In this document: in pieces, positions 1 through 9,326 of the stretch
Layout: each line of letters starts with the position of its first letter
How positions within the stretch are numbered: position 1 is the first letter of the stretch
Assembly (NCBI GenBank): GCA_046563655.1
Contig: CM102286.1
Coordinates: forward strand, 9,424,001 to 9,488,000
From: Yuukianura sp. NJ FZ-2021
Lineage: Eukaryota
Length of the DNA: 64,000 nucleotides
Reading direction: 5' to 3'
Notes under the pieces: model-generated
What the model saw: only the letters and a program-made list of their open reading frames with translations
Database searches by the model: none
What the model was told of the DNA's origin: nothing
Position numbers and translations under genes: made by a program

Positions 1-52
1 AGGTTATTTTCACTAGGTTGTTTTATGCTGTTTATGGTTTGGTTAGGTTATT

Positions 53-386
53 AAATAGCGAAAGCTATTTTATAATCTGATTCATGTCTGTCTGTCTGTC
101 CGTCTGTCCAGCTCAATTATCTCGGAAACTACTGGACCAATTGTACCTGGGTTTCCACCAATGGACATCCCATGGCGGCCGCCAAATCAAGTTTATCTTT
201 TTTCCCGGGTCTATGACCTTTTACCGTGTCAAAGGTCAAGGTCATTGACCTTTTCAATATAAAACCGGAAAAATGACCCTAGCAAAAGTTGTTCCTCTCA
301 TTGAGGGGAGCAACTTTGGTATATAAACCATGGGTCTCTGACCCCTCCAAGGGGGTCAAAACCGGGATCAAAAGTCAACATATTAG
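53..386 (+). mobile_element. DINE-1/Helentron-like non-autonomous element fragment
   Basis: Perfect hairpin AAATAGC-GAAA-GCTATTT (53-70), then a (GTCT/GTCC)n microsatellite (~86-109) and 'atctcggaaactactggaccaat'. This layout is typical of DINE/HINE-like repeats. Interrupted at 387 by an LTR; boundaries approximate. Confidence 0.4.
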
Positions 387-506
387 TGTTAGGTATGCTT
401 ACCGACGTCATTGTATGACGTCTGCCCTTTCCCCTATATAAGGCAATTGAATAAAGTACCGAGGGGTCAGTCGTCACTGATCACTCCACTCGTTCAACTT
501 GTAACA
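387..506 (+). repeat. 5' LTR (120 bp) of a Gypsy-type LTR retrotransposon
   Basis: Starts TGTTA and ends TAACA (inverted termini). Contains hairpin GACGTCA-TTGTA-TGACGTC (404-422), TATATAA and AATAAA (450-455), and is immediately followed by a PBS. Confidence 0.8.
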
Positions 507-507
507 G

Positions 508-520
508 TGGTAGCAGAGGA
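508..520 (+). promoter_or_regulatory. Primer-binding site, tRNA-iMet type
   Basis: TGGTAGCAGAGGA 1 nt after the LTR end; complementary to the 3' end of animal initiator tRNA-Met. Confidence 0.8.
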
Positions 521-636
521 GGAAGATCCCATCTCGGCCACTCTACCTTCCCAATTCAAACTCAGCTGATTCGCGCCTCTCAAATACCCAACAAATCCCA
601 TGAGGGGATTCCCATCGCTTTCCACACAAAACACCG

Positions 637-1075
637 TGTTGGCGGGTAAACCGACAGTTCATGATTTAGGCTAATTTTACTTTATACTTCTCATGCATTT
701 TCAATTCTTAGAATAAGGTTATTTGTACTTTAGTGACAGGGATTAGAAACACTCGTTTCTTCCTTTTCTCAACTTCTAACTTACACACACTAATTTACAT
801 TGTGTTCTCATTCTGTGCTTTTCATAACTAGGAATACTCATTCCTCCCTTTACAATTCAGTTTGTCTTTCTTAGGTTATAAATACTAGTGACACACAGTC
901 ACTCAGGGCTCAGTCTTTCTCAGTATTATTCCAATCTTGTAACCGTCTTCTTTCTCGCTAAACATTCAATAAACCTAAATAACGTAAATCTCGATGTCCT
1001 GACTTTTCTGTGGCTTCACCACAATTTACTTGCTCTCCCACAATTCTCATCTGAGGTCACAAAGGTCAGCGAACA
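637..1075 (+). repeat. BEL/Pao 5' LTR
   Basis: Direct repeat of 6682-7120 with 3 mismatches seen by eye; contains TATAAA and AATAAA. Confidence 0.95.
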
Positions 1076-1078
1076 TTT

Positions 1079-1089
1079 TGGTGCCGAAA
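1079..1089 (+). promoter_or_regulatory. Primer-binding site, tRNA-Phe-like
   Basis: TGGTGCCGAAA 3 nt after the LTR; matches the complement of the tRNA-Phe 3' end. Confidence 0.65.
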
Positions 1090-1141
1090 GACGGTTACTG
1101 CCGAAAGCCTGGACCCAGACTAACACTACTTCACATTCAAC

Positions 1142-4100
1142 ATGGCGGAAGTCCTCTCACTCGTCCTTAAGCGAACAGCCCAGAAGCACAAACTGGCGAA
1201 AATCCTAAGGGACGTAAGTAACGTCGACTCACCGCCTACACAGTTTGAACTCCACAAACTGCTGGATCAAACTGAAAAGATCGAAGGTACTGTTCAATCC
1301 ATTCAAAACGAAATTCTAACGTACATGTCTAATGAAGAGGATTTAATTCCTCAACTTGAAGCTTCAGAACAGATTGATGACATGATTGTTAAGATCCATG
1401 GTCTTATCAATGGAGAGTTAGCGAAGCTGGACTCCAACACCCAGAGTGGATCCACCCTAACCTCTGCTCCGTCAGTCGTTCATCCATCGTCAAAGGTCAA
1501 GTTACCTAAGCTTGACCTTCCTACTTTCTCTGGCAGTTACGAAGACTGGCCATCCTTCCGAGATCAATTCGAGGCTTCCATCGTCAACAATGGTGGTTTG
1601 TCTGGTTGCGAAAAGCTGCAGTATCTAAAGTCATCTCTCAAGGACGATGCACTAAAGATAGTCTCGCCATTCGTAATCACTAATGCTAATTTTCAGGATG
1701 CTTGGGATTTGTGTATCGAGCGATACAACAACACGCGCGAGATCGCATTTTCATTGTTGCGAAAATTGTTTAATCTCTCTAAACTGTTTCAGGAAAATGC
1801 GACTTCACTGAGGAACCTGGTTGATACTTTCGACCAGTGCGTGAGACAGTTGCGGAACCTTAACCGTAACGTTGACCAATGGGATGATGTTCTGGTCTTT
1901 ACCATAATGGAAAAGTTGGATCCTGACACAAAACGGGAATTCGCCATCCAACTGTCAGGAACGAACGTTCCTACTTACAAGGAGGTCAAGGACTTTCTTG
2001 AACAACATATCCGTGGTCTCCAGAGCATCTCATCAGCGTCAACGAGACAACCTCAGAAGTCGTCTGACCGTAAGAAGGTCCATGCAGTGAACACTGCAAA
2101 ATGCGTTCTTTGCTCAGAGCCACACCCACTATTCAAATGTGGAAAGTTCAATGCCATGACCATTGCTCAACGGATGGACACTGCCAAGGCTCAGCATCGA
2201 TGCTTCAATTGTCTTGGTCTTGCTCATACTCCCAAGAACTGTCATTCCAAGTCTCGTTGTCGTGTGTGTCAGAAGCCACATCACACTCTTTTGCATATTA
2301 ACAATGACTTCGTTCCCTTTGCAAATCAGGTAAATAATCCTAATGCTCATGTGACTAATCCTTCTACTTCTGTTCCCACAGCCAGTTGTAATCACAACTC
2401 CGGCCATGGGGTCCTACTTGGAACTGCAGAAGTCTACGTAATGGATGCTACTGGAGCCTACCAAACCTGTCGTGTCCTTCTGGATCCAGGAGCTGAGGTT
2501 TCCTTTAGCACCGATCGGTGCTGTCAGCGACTTGGTCTCTCACAGACAAAGTCCAACGTCACCATCAACGGAGTTGGTGCTACTACAGTTGGTAAAGCAA
2601 AGGGAAAAACAATGTTGAAAATCAAATCTATGTGTAATGATTTTACGTTGTCGGTGGAAGCTCTTGTTCTCTCCCAGGTCACAGGTCAACTGCCCTCCTT
2701 TAGGTGCGGTGACACCTGGAAGGAATGGACCCACCTACAAAATCTGACCTTGGCTGACCCCAGATACATTGACCCAAGAGAAGTCGACATTCTCCTTGGG
2801 GCTGAGGTCACACACCGGATCTTCACTGGTCAGACGCTTTCTTCTCGGGTTGATCAACCCGCTGCTTGCTCGAGCCACTTCGGTTGGGTGGTCATGGGAC
2901 CTGTCCATACTCCACCAGTGCAGTCGTACACGGCCCACTGCCACACAGTCTCTCTGGATGGAGCCATCCAACGCTTGTGGGAACTCGATCACGTCCCAAC
3001 TCGGATGCAGTTGACACAGGAAGAGAGTGACGCAGAGAACCACTTTACAACTCACCACTCTCGTACACAGGATGGAAGATACATTGTTCCACTTCCTTTC
3101 AAACCCAACATTTTGGAACTCGGATCATCACGATCAATCGCATTACGGAGACTCCACCACACTGAACGTCGGCTGGATAAACTCCCGCAGCACAAAAGTG
3201 AGTACGTAAAGTTCATGACTGATTATCTAACTTTAGGTCATATGGAACAAGTCCCACCATCGGAAGAAGGAGAACGATTCAAGGATGGATCCATCCAAAC
3301 GTACTACCTCCCACATCACTTCGTTTTGAAGGAGGATAGTACAACAACCAAACTTCGTGTGGTTTTTGATGGTTCGTGTGAATCAAATTCAGGTTTGTCA
3401 CTGAATAAGTGCCTAATGGTAGGGCCAACTATTCAACCTGATTTATTTACACATCTAATCAAATTCCGATTGGATCCAATTGTTCTAAAGGCTGACATAA
3501 CAAAAATGTATCGCCAGTTCTCAGTTTTAAATTCTGACTCCAACTTCCAGCGGATCCTATGGCGGCCAACTCCTGATCAGCCTATTCGGGAGTACAGGCT
3601 CAAAACAATCACTTATGGAACCTCCTCGGCTCCATTCGGTGCCATTCGGGCCCTCAACCAACTTGATGTGGACGAAGGAGATCACTTTCCCTTGGCCAGG
3701 CAAGCAATAATTGAGCGTTTTTATGTAGATGATTATTTAGGTGGTGACTCATCAGTTCCAAAAGTGGTGGAAACTTACCACCAATTGACCAGACTACTCG
3801 CTCGTGGACAACTGTCAATCACGAAGTGGACTTCAAACTCTCCAGAAGTCCTAAAGGAGATTCCTTCACACCTAGTGGAGATCTCCACTCAATCACTGGC
3901 GGAGGGATCAAGCACAAAGGCATTGGGCGTTCAATGGACTCCAAATTCTGATCTCCTCCATTTCACTGGATTTAGGTTTGACCAAACCTCGGTAATAACA
4001 AAACGTACCATTTTGAGTGACATCGCAAAGTTATTTGATCCATTGGGGCTACTCGCTCCATTCGTCGTTTCGGTAAAAGTCTTCTTTCAGAGTCTTTGGG

Positions 4101-6268
4101 CCTTGGGAATTGGTTGGGATGACAACCTGCCCGAGGACATGGTAGAAAGGTGGACCCACCTTGGCTCATCATTGTCATGTCTTGGTGACATTGCCATTCC
4201 ACGTTGTGTGATTATACCAAATTACCAACGAATGGAATTACATGGATTTTCGGATGCCTCCGAAAGAGCCTATTGTGCCGTGGTCTACCTCAGGACATTT
4301 AACAACAATCTACCAATATGCCGACTTCTGACTTCCAAAACTAAAGTAGCGCCTGTCAAGGCACAGAGCATACCGAGGCTCGAACTTTGTGGTGCTTTGT
4401 TATTATCGAAACTAATTTCTTTTCTTTTGTCTAGTTTGGATCCAAACTGTCACGTCTACTGTTGGACTGACAGTGAAATTACTTTGCGGTGGATCTCGTC
4501 TTCTTCTCGTCGCTGGGTCCCATTCGTGGCCAATCGGGTTTCGCAAATCCAAGAGCTCACACCAGTCGAATCTTGGCATTTCATCCCTGGGACACTCAAC
4601 CCTGCCGATTGCGGAACAAGAGGGATCCCTCTTAATGAGCTCGTCGACAATCAGCTCTGGTGGAACGGACCGGAGTTTCTGTCACAACTTCAATTACCTT
4701 CGTTCTCCAATTCACAAACACTCTCATCTGAGCATCTCAAGGAGGAACGTAAGGTCAAGGTCCTAACTGTTCAAGTGTCTTTTCCCATTCTGAACAGGTA
4801 CTCGTCATTTCTGCAACTCCTTCGTGTCATCGGGTCACTTCTCGTGTTCATGCTTAGAGCTAAGCAGAAGTCGGCACCGATGCTACGATCAGTCGAGTTT
4901 TACCGAATGGCTACTCAGAAGGTCATTCAACTGGCACAACAGGAACACTTCCAAGAGGACGTTCAGTCACTGACTAAAAATGGTAAAGTCAAACAGTCCA
5001 GTTCGTTGCTGTCGCTTTCTCCATTTTTGGATTCGGACGGATCTCTTCGTGTTGGTGGTCGGCTCCACCTGGCATCGCTCCCAGAAGCTGCCAAACACCC
5101 TCTGATCATTCACGGGAAGTCATCAGTCACCAAACTACTCGTCCAGCATTACCACCACAAGCATCATCATGCTGGGAATCGTCTTCTGCTCTCACTTCTC
5201 CGCCAGGACTATTGGATTGTCCACGCACGAGATTTGATCAAATCTGTCATCTCTCGCTGCCTCAGATGTAAGCTGTTGAGACAAAAGACGGCAACACAAC
5301 TCATGGGTACACTGCCTCAACCAAGAGTCACGATGTCACCTACGTTTCATCACACTGGTTTGGACTACGCTGGTCCATTTACACTCCAATCTGTCAAAGG
5401 ACGAGGTCAGAAACAATTTAAAGGCTACTTCTGCATCTTCATTTGCCTCTCCACGAAAGCCGTTCATGTGGAATTCGGAACCGAACTATCCACCGAATCC
5501 TTCCTCGCGACTTTCAAACGGTTTGTGTCACGTCGGGGTAACCCACTACATTTGTATTCTGATTGTGGTACCAATTTTGTAGGTGCTAATAACGAGTTGA
5601 TGGATTTGGTGAACTCTCACCAGTTCAACTCGGAAGTTTCTTCTTACTTTGCAGAGTCACAAACCCACTGGCATTTCAATCCTCCGTCTGCTCCTCATCA
5701 TGGTGGAATCTGGGAGGCAGCAGTACGTTCTGTTAAATTCCATTTGAAGAGGATCATTGGGACCACCACTTTAACGCTTGAGGAATTTGCTACAATTCTT
5801 TGCCAAGCGGAAGCAGCGCTGAACTCCCGACCTCTTCTACCGATGTCCAGTGACACATCCGATTTAGGTGTGATCACACCTGGCCATTTCCTCGTCGGCA
5901 GACCTCTCCTCGCCGCTCCTCAACCAGATCATGCTGATGTCAAGGTCAATCGCCTCTCACGTTGGCAGTTGCAGGAGAAGCTATTCCAAACGTTCTGGAA
6001 GGTCTGGTCTCTCGAATACCTCACATCCCTTCAACAACGAGTCAAGTGGACCAAGAAAACCAACAATTTGACAATCGGAGATCTCGTGGCCATCAAAGAT
6101 GACAATTTACCCCCTCTAAAGTGGAAACTGGCTCGCGTCATCAACGTTCATCCTGGTCCAGACGGACTAGTCAGAGTCGTCACTCTTCGTACGGCCCTCG
6201 GAGAACTTCAACGCCCAATTGTCAAAGTGGTTCCACTTTTATCTAACGACGAGTTATCTACAACTTAA
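1142..6268 (+). CDS. gag-pol: BEL/Pao Gag-Pol polyprotein (Gag with 3 Cys/His knuckles, aspartic protease, RT, RNase H, integrase)
   Basis: KLPKLDLPTFSG Gag motif; CxxC/H knuckles (CVLCSEPHPLFKC, CFNCLGLAHTPKNC, CRVCQKPHHTLLH); protease LLDPG; RT YLPHH...KLRVVFD...YVDD; RNase H GFSDAS...IPRLEL...DS...NPAD; integrase DYAGP/SDCGTNF/GIWE. Domain order is that of BEL/Pao. Confidence 0.97.
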   Translation: MAEVLSLVLKRTAQKHKLAKILRDVSNVDSPPTQFELHKLLDQTEKIEGTVQSIQNEILTYMSNEEDLIPQLEASEQIDDMIVKIHGLINGELAKLDSNTQSGSTLTSAPSVVHPSSKVKLPKLDLPTFSGSYEDWPSFRDQFEASIVNNGGLSGCEKLQYLKSSLKDDALKIVSPFVITNANFQDAWDLCIERYNNTREIAFSLLRKLFNLSKLFQENATSLRNLVDTFDQCVRQLRNLNRNVDQWDDVLVFTIMEKLDPDTKREFAIQLSGTNVPTYKEVKDFLEQHIRGLQSISSASTRQPQKSSDRKKVHAVNTAKCVLCSEPHPLFKCGKFNAMTIAQRMDTAKAQHRCFNCLGLAHTPKNCHSKSRCRVCQKPHHTLLHINNDFVPFANQVNNPNAHVTNPSTSVPTASCNHNSGHGVLLGTAEVYVMDATGAYQTCRVLLDPGAEVSFSTDRCCQRLGLSQTKSNVTINGVGATTVGKAKGKTMLKIKSMCNDFTLSVEALVLSQVTGQLPSFRCGDTWKEWTHLQNLTLADPRYIDPREVDILLGAEVTHRIFTGQTLSSRVDQPAACSSHFGWVVMGPVHTPPVQSYTAHCHTVSLDGAIQRLWELDHVPTRMQLTQEESDAENHFTTHHSRTQDGRYIVPLPFKPNILELGSSRSIALRRLHHTERRLDKLPQHKSEYVKFMTDYLTLGHMEQVPPSEEGERFKDGSIQTYYLPHHFVLKEDSTTTKLRVVFDGSCESNSGLSLNKCLMVGPTIQPDLFTHLIKFRLDPIVLKADITKMYRQFSVLNSDSNFQRILWRPTPDQPIREYRLKTITYGTSSAPFGAIRALNQLDVDEGDHFPLARQAIIERFYVDDYLGGDSSVPKVVETYHQLTRLLARGQLSITKWTSNSPEVLKEIPSHLVEISTQSLAEGSSTKALGVQWTPNSDLLHFTGFRFDQTSVITKRTILSDIAKLFDPLGLLAPFVVSVKVFFQSLWALGIGWDDNLPEDMVERWTHLGSSLSCLGDIAIPRCVIIPNYQRMELHGFSDASERAYCAVVYLRTFNNNLPICRLLTSKTKVAPVKAQSIPRLELCGALLLSKLISFLLSSLDPNCHVYCWTDSEITLRWISSSSRRWVPFVANRVSQIQELTPVESWHFIPGTLNPADCGTRGIPLNELVDNQLWWNGPEFLSQLQLPSFSNSQTLSSEHLKEERKVKVLTVQVSFPILNRYSSFLQLLRVIGSLLVFMLRAKQKSAPMLRSVEFYRMATQKVIQLAQQEHFQEDVQSLTKNGKVKQSSSLLSLSPFLDSDGSLRVGGRLHLASLPEAAKHPLIIHGKSSVTKLLVQHYHHKHHHAGNRLLLSLLRQDYWIVHARDLIKSVISRCLRCKLLRQKTATQLMGTLPQPRVTMSPTFHHTGLDYAGPFTLQSVKGRGQKQFKGYFCIFICLSTKAVHVEFGTELSTESFLATFKRFVSRRGNPLHLYSDCGTNFVGANNELMDLVNSHQFNSEVSSYFAESQTHWHFNPPSAPHHGGIWEAAVRSVKFHLKRIIGTTTLTLEEFATILCQAEAALNSRPLLPMSSDTSDLGVITPGHFLVGRPLLAAPQPDHADVKVNRLSRWQLQEKLFQTFWKVWSLEYLTSLQQRVKWTKKTNNLTIGDLVAIKDDNLPPLKWKLARVINVHPGPDGLVRVVTLRTALGELQRPIVKVVPLLSNDELSTT

Positions 6269-6681
6269 GTTCGTATTTCACTTCATTTTTTTTTTAATTC
6301 ATTTTAATTTTAATTTATCTTAATTTAAGGCTAAGTTTAGGTTAAGTCATCCTTTCACTTTAGTTAAGATCTTAACTTTTAACTTTTAACATTTAATTTA
6401 TAATTTTAAGTTTAACTGATCGATTTATCAACCAGCATGTCAAAGAGTTTCCCACACATTTGTAAGCGGTTTGCTGAGGCCCTTTGGTTAGAGTCGCTTG
6501 AGCTGTAGGAGGTCATGCAAATTGGGTCTCCTTTTAGTTTTGACGGAGGACGAGGGTGACGTTTCGCACTGCCCGAATGACCCATCCGACCTACAGTAAG
6601 AGTGATTTTGGCCGAGGACTTAGTAGTCCTTACTAATGTATAACGTATTTTTCCGACACGATCGTGTCAGGGGTGGCGGCA

Positions 6682-7120
6682 TGTTGGCGGGTAAACCGAC
6701 AGTTCATGATTTAGGCTAATTTTACTTTATACTTCTCATGCATTTTCAATTCTTAGAATAAGGTTATTTGTACTTTAGTGACAGGGATTAGAAACACTCG
6801 TTTCTTCCTTTTCTCAACTTCTAACTTACACACACTAATTTACATTGTGTTCTCATTCTGTGCTTTTCATAACTAGGAATACTCATTCCTCCCTTTACAA
6901 TTCAGTTTGTCTTTCTTAGGTTATAAATACTAGTGACACACAGTCACTCAGGGCTCAGTCTTTCTCAGTATTATTCCAATCTTGTAACCGTCTTCTTTCT
7001 CGCTAAACATTCAATAAACCTAAATAACGTAAATCTCGATGTCCTGACTTTTCTGTGGCTTCACCACAATTTACTTGCTCTCCCACCATTCTCATCTGAG
7101 GTCACGGAGGTCAGCGAACA
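6682..7120 (+). repeat. BEL/Pao 3' LTR
   Basis: Copy of 637-1075, preceded by purine-rich AGGGGTGGCGGCA and followed by TSD CACCG. Confidence 0.95.
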
Positions 7121-7237
7121 CACCGGCTGCCCAAGTTTTATTCACCCCTCACTAAAATCTTTATTTACCTAAACACACTATGCCCCTACTAAACGTCCAA
7201 TGAACAAGAACCTCGCAAATCCAAACGTTTAAGAAAT

Positions 7238-8665
7238 TTGGAACCCAGCCCACAAGAACCTCTACCTAGCCGCAATATCCCAAAACCCAAAAGAACCAAT
7301 ATTATTATAAATATCCACACACCAGCGACTGTCGCCCCCCCTCTAACACCCTCTAAAACGGAATCCTCTGATTTATTTCAGACCCCCAACACGTCTCCTT
7401 CTCAACTTAATACCGATTCTACTGTTTTATCTCACACGTCACTAGAGGAAAGTAAATTTTTTTCAGACAACGATATAACTATAGTGGCTCGCAACCCCCC
7501 ACCCACGCCGATTGCTCCCCAGAGATTATCCCTAGTTTCACTGGATAGAATCCTAGACCAAGATATTTTTCCAACAGTCACAGTTAATCACAAAATTCAC
7601 ATACCCACAACCGAACCGAATACGTCAACAATGGCCACCACCAACGCACTTGTGACCATTCATGAGAAAATTGCTAAGTACACTGCAACATTACTATCTC
7701 GACAAGAGCTCGAGATTTTCCTCAATTTATTTGAGATATGGGCCCAACAAAAGAATCTTAGCGACCCGCAAGCCAAACTACAATTACAAATGGCTATCCC
7801 CCTCAAGGTCGCACAACAGTGGTTCGCGATTAACAAGAATCTTATCAATGACGCAACCACCTCCTGGGCTTTATACAAAACTACATTTTTAGAAGGATGC
7901 CCCACTGAGAATGGCGATGACGACTTGTCCTTCGCCGAAATCATCTCTAAATCTCAAGGTCACAAAGAAAAGGCGACTATTTTCATTCAAAAAATCCGAT
8001 ATTTTTTTGGGACCCAATGGGGGAACTACCCGGAGAAAGAAATTGTTAAAGGCATGGTTCATCAGTTGAACCTGAATACGCGGCGATATATCGAATGCCG
8101 CGGGGTCCCCGAGACATATGCCGAATTAATGCGGCAATTGCAGCAGTACGAAGCAAAAGGCGGGGTTCAAGACATTGATAATATTACCGTTAAAACGGAA
8201 ATACCAACACATCTTATACAAACTGACCAACTGAAAGAACTAGAAGAATCCATTAAAAACATGAGTATCCTCCTCACCCAAACACGTCCCGAACGGCAAC
8301 CCTATTTTCGAGGATTCCAAAGCGAACCCAACTACCCCCCACGGCCTAGAAACCTAAATCCGTGGTTTCGACAAAGTTTTCAACCCCGCTTTTTTACTCC
8401 CCGAACCACTCCACGCACCCAATACAGACTACAAGACTTACCGGATTTACAAGTTAATACGGCTAACGGTGCTCGCACTGTGGCTCGAACCTATCCACAA
8501 GGATCCCGGGGAAATGAACCTCGGCCAAAGTGCGGATATTGTGGACGCTTAGGACACATCACCGCTACATGTTATTTAGCAGCACGCCACCGCAACGGGC
8601 GCCCACCCGTGTTACACACATACTTCAGTGCAAGGACATTGTATGCCCTTGCACTGAGAGTGTGA
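7238..8665 (+). pseudogene. gag: Gypsy-type gag, truncated; no pol follows
   Basis: Pro/Ser/Thr-rich N-terminus, capsid-like helical core (AQQWF...WALYKTTFL) and CCHC knuckle CGYCGRLGHITATC. The likely start ATG (~7180) is out of frame. The last ~18 codons (from 8610) read into unrelated LTR-like DNA. Confidence 0.8.
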
Positions 8666-8697
8666 GTGTGTGTGAGTGGATCTATGAATAAACGACA
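8610..8697 (+). repeat. Truncated LTR-like fragment related to the 387-506 LTR
   Basis: Starts TGTTA; hairpin TCAGTGCAAGG...CCTTGCACTGA centred on CATTGTATG, the same core as in the first LTR; TGAATAAA at 8685-8692. Confidence 0.55.
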
Positions 8698-9190
8698 CAT
8701 TTATTGTGTGGTAAAACTACAACGGAGTGGGGGATGCATCTGATTTTCTCAAAAACCACACCTCCCAAAGAAACATGGTTTAGCCAGTAAAACTGAGATG
8801 GAAAGTTCCCATCTCAGTTCCATGTGCTAAACTAACATAACTAATTTTTTTGTCAAACCGCATTTTGCAAGGCCAGATTTGTTGACAATTTTTGTGTGGT
8901 AAAACTACAACGGAGTGGGGGATGCACTTGACTATGAAACTCAACATCTCCAGAGTCTCAACAAATTACTCAAAAAAAAGTTCAACTTTAGAAGCACTGA
9001 TTCCTGGCTAGAGACACATCAGGGTGGGAATGAGGAGTGTGAAATGCATCTGATTTTCTCAAAAACCACACCTCCCAAAAAACATGGTTTAGCCAGTAAA
9101 ACTGAGATGGAAAGGTCCCATCTCATTTCCACGGGCTAACCTAAGATTACTAATTTTTTGTCAAACAGCATTTTGTATTTGTTGACATTT
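8698..9190 (+). repeat. Left subterminal/TIR repeat block of the Polinton
   Basis: Two copies (the first internally deleted) of a ~310-bp unit that is the imperfect reverse complement of 26650-27250. Confidence 0.85.
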
Positions 9191-9255
9191 TTAACCGCAA
9201 ACTCTTTACTTGTGAGGAAACTTGTGAGGGGAGGTTGGGGTGTCATTTTTTAACA

Positions 9256-9282
9256 TATAAGAGCAACGAAACTGAATTCAGT
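9256..9282 (+). promoter_or_regulatory. Putative TATA + TCAGT initiator for the pPolB gene
   Basis: TATAA at 9256-9260 and TCAGT at 9278-9282, just upstream of ATGs at 9309 and 9327. Confidence 0.4.
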
Positions 9283-9326
9283 TGTTCAAATACCTTGAAC
9301 CAGTACACATGCAGGGGAGGAGAAAA

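Larger units (their letters stand above)
637..7120 (+). mobile_element. Full-length BEL/Pao LTR retrotransposon nested in the Gypsy leader
   Basis: Two 439-bp LTRs (TGTT...AACA), 5-bp TSD CACCG (632-636 and 7121-7125), PBS, purine-rich tract before the 3' LTR, and a single intact gag-pol ORF. Confidence 0.97.

Noticed and set aside
1..52. GGTTA-like repeats suggesting a (TTAGG)n telomere
   Set aside because: Only 2-3 degenerate units in low-complexity sequence, not an array.
888..1208. 106-aa ORF and its 79-aa twin at 6933-7172
   Set aside because: Both lie in the BEL LTRs, start at GTG and have no recognisable motifs.
2101..4766. Short alternative-frame and antisense ORFs within gag-pol (likewise within polB, integrase and capsid genes)
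   Set aside because: Shadow ORFs of long coding regions, with no motifs.
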